Source: an uncultured cyanobacterium (GTDB lineage Bacteria; Cyanobacteriota; Cyanobacteriia; Cyanobacteriales; Nostocaceae). Taken from it: a stretch of 64,000 nt of DNA. Below are positions 62,110 to 64,000 of this stretch, piece by piece (the first letter of the stretch is position 1; each line of letters starts with the position of its first letter). The DNA is taken from NCBI GenBank assembly GCA_963740315.1, contig CAVUDP010000002.1, positions 608,001 through 672,000 of the forward strand, written 5' to 3'. A model generated the notes under the pieces. It searched no databases, was not told the DNA's origin, and was given only the letters and a program-made list of their open reading frames with translations. The translations under genes were made by a program, and so were the position numbers.

Positions 62110-62264
62110 AACAATTTTAGATTTTGGATTTTGGATTTTGGATTTATTTAGTTGTTGGTTTTAATTTTCAATCCTGGAAGCTAACTGCTAAGTATTAACA
62201 AGTCAGTAATCTAAAATTTAGAATTATCAGTTCTTTTTCCTATCGTAAGAAAGAAGATAAAAAA

Positions 62265-63785
62265 ATGGCAATTAGCATTAGACCAGACGAAATTAGTAAC
62301 ATTATCCAACAGCAAATCGAGCAATACGACCAACAGGTCAAAGTGCAGAATGTTGGTACTGTGTTGTCAGTAGGTGACGGTATTGCTCGTATCTATGGCT
62401 TGGAAAAAGCTATGGCTGGCGAGTTGTTAGAATTTGAAGATGGTACCGCTGGTGTTGCTCTTAACTTAGAAGAAGACAACGTTGGTGCGGTATTGATGGG
62501 TGACGGTCGCCAAATCCAAGAAGGTAGTACCGTTACAGCTACTGGTAAAATTGCTCAGGTACCCGTTGGCGATGCCATGATTGGCAGAGTTGTTAATGCT
62601 TTGGGTGAACCAATCGATGGTAAAGGTGAAATCAAGACCACAGAAGGTCGCTTGATTGAATCCATGGCTCCCGGTATTATCGAACGTCGCTCCGTACACG
62701 AACCAATGCAAACCGGAATTACCGCTATTGACGCGATGATTCCCGTAGGAAGAGGACAGCGAGAATTAATTATTGGTGACAGACAAACTGGTAAAACTGC
62801 GATCGCGATCGACACAATTATTAACCAGAAGTCGGAAGACGTAGTTTGCGTTTACGTAGCGATCGGTCAAAAAGCTTCTACCGTTGCTAACGTAGTCCAA
62901 ACTTTAGAAGACAATGGCGCGATGGATTACACCATTGTGGTAGCAGCGAGTGCTTCCGAACCAGCACCATTACAGTGGTTGGCTCCTTATTCTGGTGCTG
63001 CACTTGCTGAATACTTTATGTATAAAGGCAAAGCAACCCTAATTATTTACGACGATTTGACCAAGCAAGCACAAGCTTACCGTCAAATGTCCTTGTTACT
63101 ACGCCGTCCACCCGGTCGTGAAGCATATCCTGGAGACGTATTTTACCTCCACTCCCGCTTATTGGAACGCGCTGCAAAACTCAGCGATGACCTTGGAGCA
63201 GGTAGCATGACCGCGTTACCAATCATTGAAACCCAAGCTGGTGACGTATCCGCTTACATTCCTACCAACGTAATTTCGATTACCGACGGTCAGATATTCT
63301 TATCTTCCGACTTATTTAACGCCGGTATTCGTCCCGCAATTAACCCCGGTATTTCCGTATCCCGTGTGGGTTCCGCTGCTCAAACCAAGGCAATGAAGAA
63401 AGTTGCTGGTAAGTTGAAGTTGGAATTAGCACAATTCGATGAATTGCAAGCATTCTCACAGTTTGCATCCGACTTAGATAAAACTACCCAAGACCAGTTG
63501 GCTCAAGGCGTGCGCTTGCGGGAAACCTTAAAGCAGCCACAAAACCAGCCTCGTGCAGTATACGAGCAAGTTGCAATTTTGTATGCGGGTCTTAACGGAT
63601 ATTTAAGCGATATCGAAGTTAATAAAATTACAGATTTTGTTGAAGGATTCCAAGAATACTTGAAGAACAACAAAACTGAATTCAAGCAAGGAGTTTCCGA
63701 GACGAAAAAGCTTGGTGAAACCGAAGAAAACGCACTGAAAGAAGCGATTACCGAATACAAAAAGACCTTCATGGCAACAGCTTAA
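62265..63785 (+). CDS. atpA: ATP synthase F1 subunit alpha
   Basis: [31 protein letters not shown]. Confidence 0.99.
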   Translation: MAISIRPDEISNIIQQQIEQYDQQVKVQNVGTVLSVGDGIARIYGLEKAMAGELLEFEDGTAGVALNLEEDNVGAVLMGDGRQIQEGSTVTATGKIAQVPVGDAMIGRVVNALGEPIDGKGEIKTTEGRLIESMAPGIIERRSVHEPMQTGITAIDAMIPVGRGQRELIIGDRQTGKTAIAIDTIINQKSEDVVCVYVAIGQKASTVANVVQTLEDNGAMDYTIVVAASASEPAPLQWLAPYSGAALAEYFMYKGKATLIIYDDLTKQAQAYRQMSLLLRRPPGREAYPGDVFYLHSRLLERAAKLSDDLGAGSMTALPIIETQAGDVSAYIPTNVISITDGQIFLSSDLFNAGIRPAINPGISVSRVGSAAQTKAMKKVAGKLKLELAQFDELQAFSQFASDLDKTTQDQLAQGVRLRETLKQPQNQPRAVYEQVAILYAGLNGYLSDIEVNKITDFVEGFQEYLKNNKTEFKQGVSETKKLGETEENALKEAITEYKKTFMATA

Positions 63786-63952
63786 CAATTTTGGATTTGG
63801 GATTTTGGATTTTGGATTGAATCTAAAGTTCAAAATCTCATCCAACGTCCGATGTGAAATAAGAAAGTTTGGTTAATGGTATTAAGCAACCTAATTAAAT
63901 TGACATCAGACATAAATCTAAAATCCAAAATCTAAAATCTAAAATCAAGAAT

Positions 63953-64000
63953 ATGCCTAATTTAAAAGCGATACGGGACCGCATAAGTACGGTTAAAAAT
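63953..64000 (+). CDS. atpC: ATP synthase F1 subunit gamma, 5' end (runs out of the window; cyanobacterial atpC)
   Basis: MPNLKAIRDRISTVKN immediately after atpA. Confidence 0.9.
   Translation, partial: MPNLKAIRDRISTVKN

Overview
Chromosomal segment of a filamentous, probably heterocyst-forming cyanobacterium (Nostocales-like, inferred from frequent HIP1 GCGATCGC sites, 7-9 nt STRR arrays, a patD-like gene, the apcEABC operon and the atp1-a-c-b'-b-delta-alpha-gamma operon). The housekeeping backbone is tkt (3' end), tRNA-Arg(ACG), moaC, rel, a CBS/DHH tRNA nucleotidyltransferase, sodB, desC, apcE-A-B-C and the ATP synthase operon. The main accessory locus (27.7-36.0 kb, minus strand) is a five-gene vWA-MoxR-VMAP ternary conflict-type system. 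It has paired N-terminal adaptor domains, a CHAT+DUF900 effector, an OAA-lectin-like insert, and two near-identical FGE/CLec domains whose 3' ends differ in a pattern typical of DGR mutagenesis, although no RT or template repeat is present in the window. Other notable items: a TetR fused to an apparently dead tyrosine-recombinase domain with twin operators facing desC; a ~157 bp IS200/IS605 derivative that looks like a promoter fused to an omegaRNA; a phnDCE cluster bounded by a 78 bp direct repeat with a Fur-type box; a pentapeptide-NuiA fusion; a REP-delimited array of short genes; and tiny two-hairpin insertions, one in frame inside a HIP1 site. All calls come from reading motifs by eye; no database searches were run.
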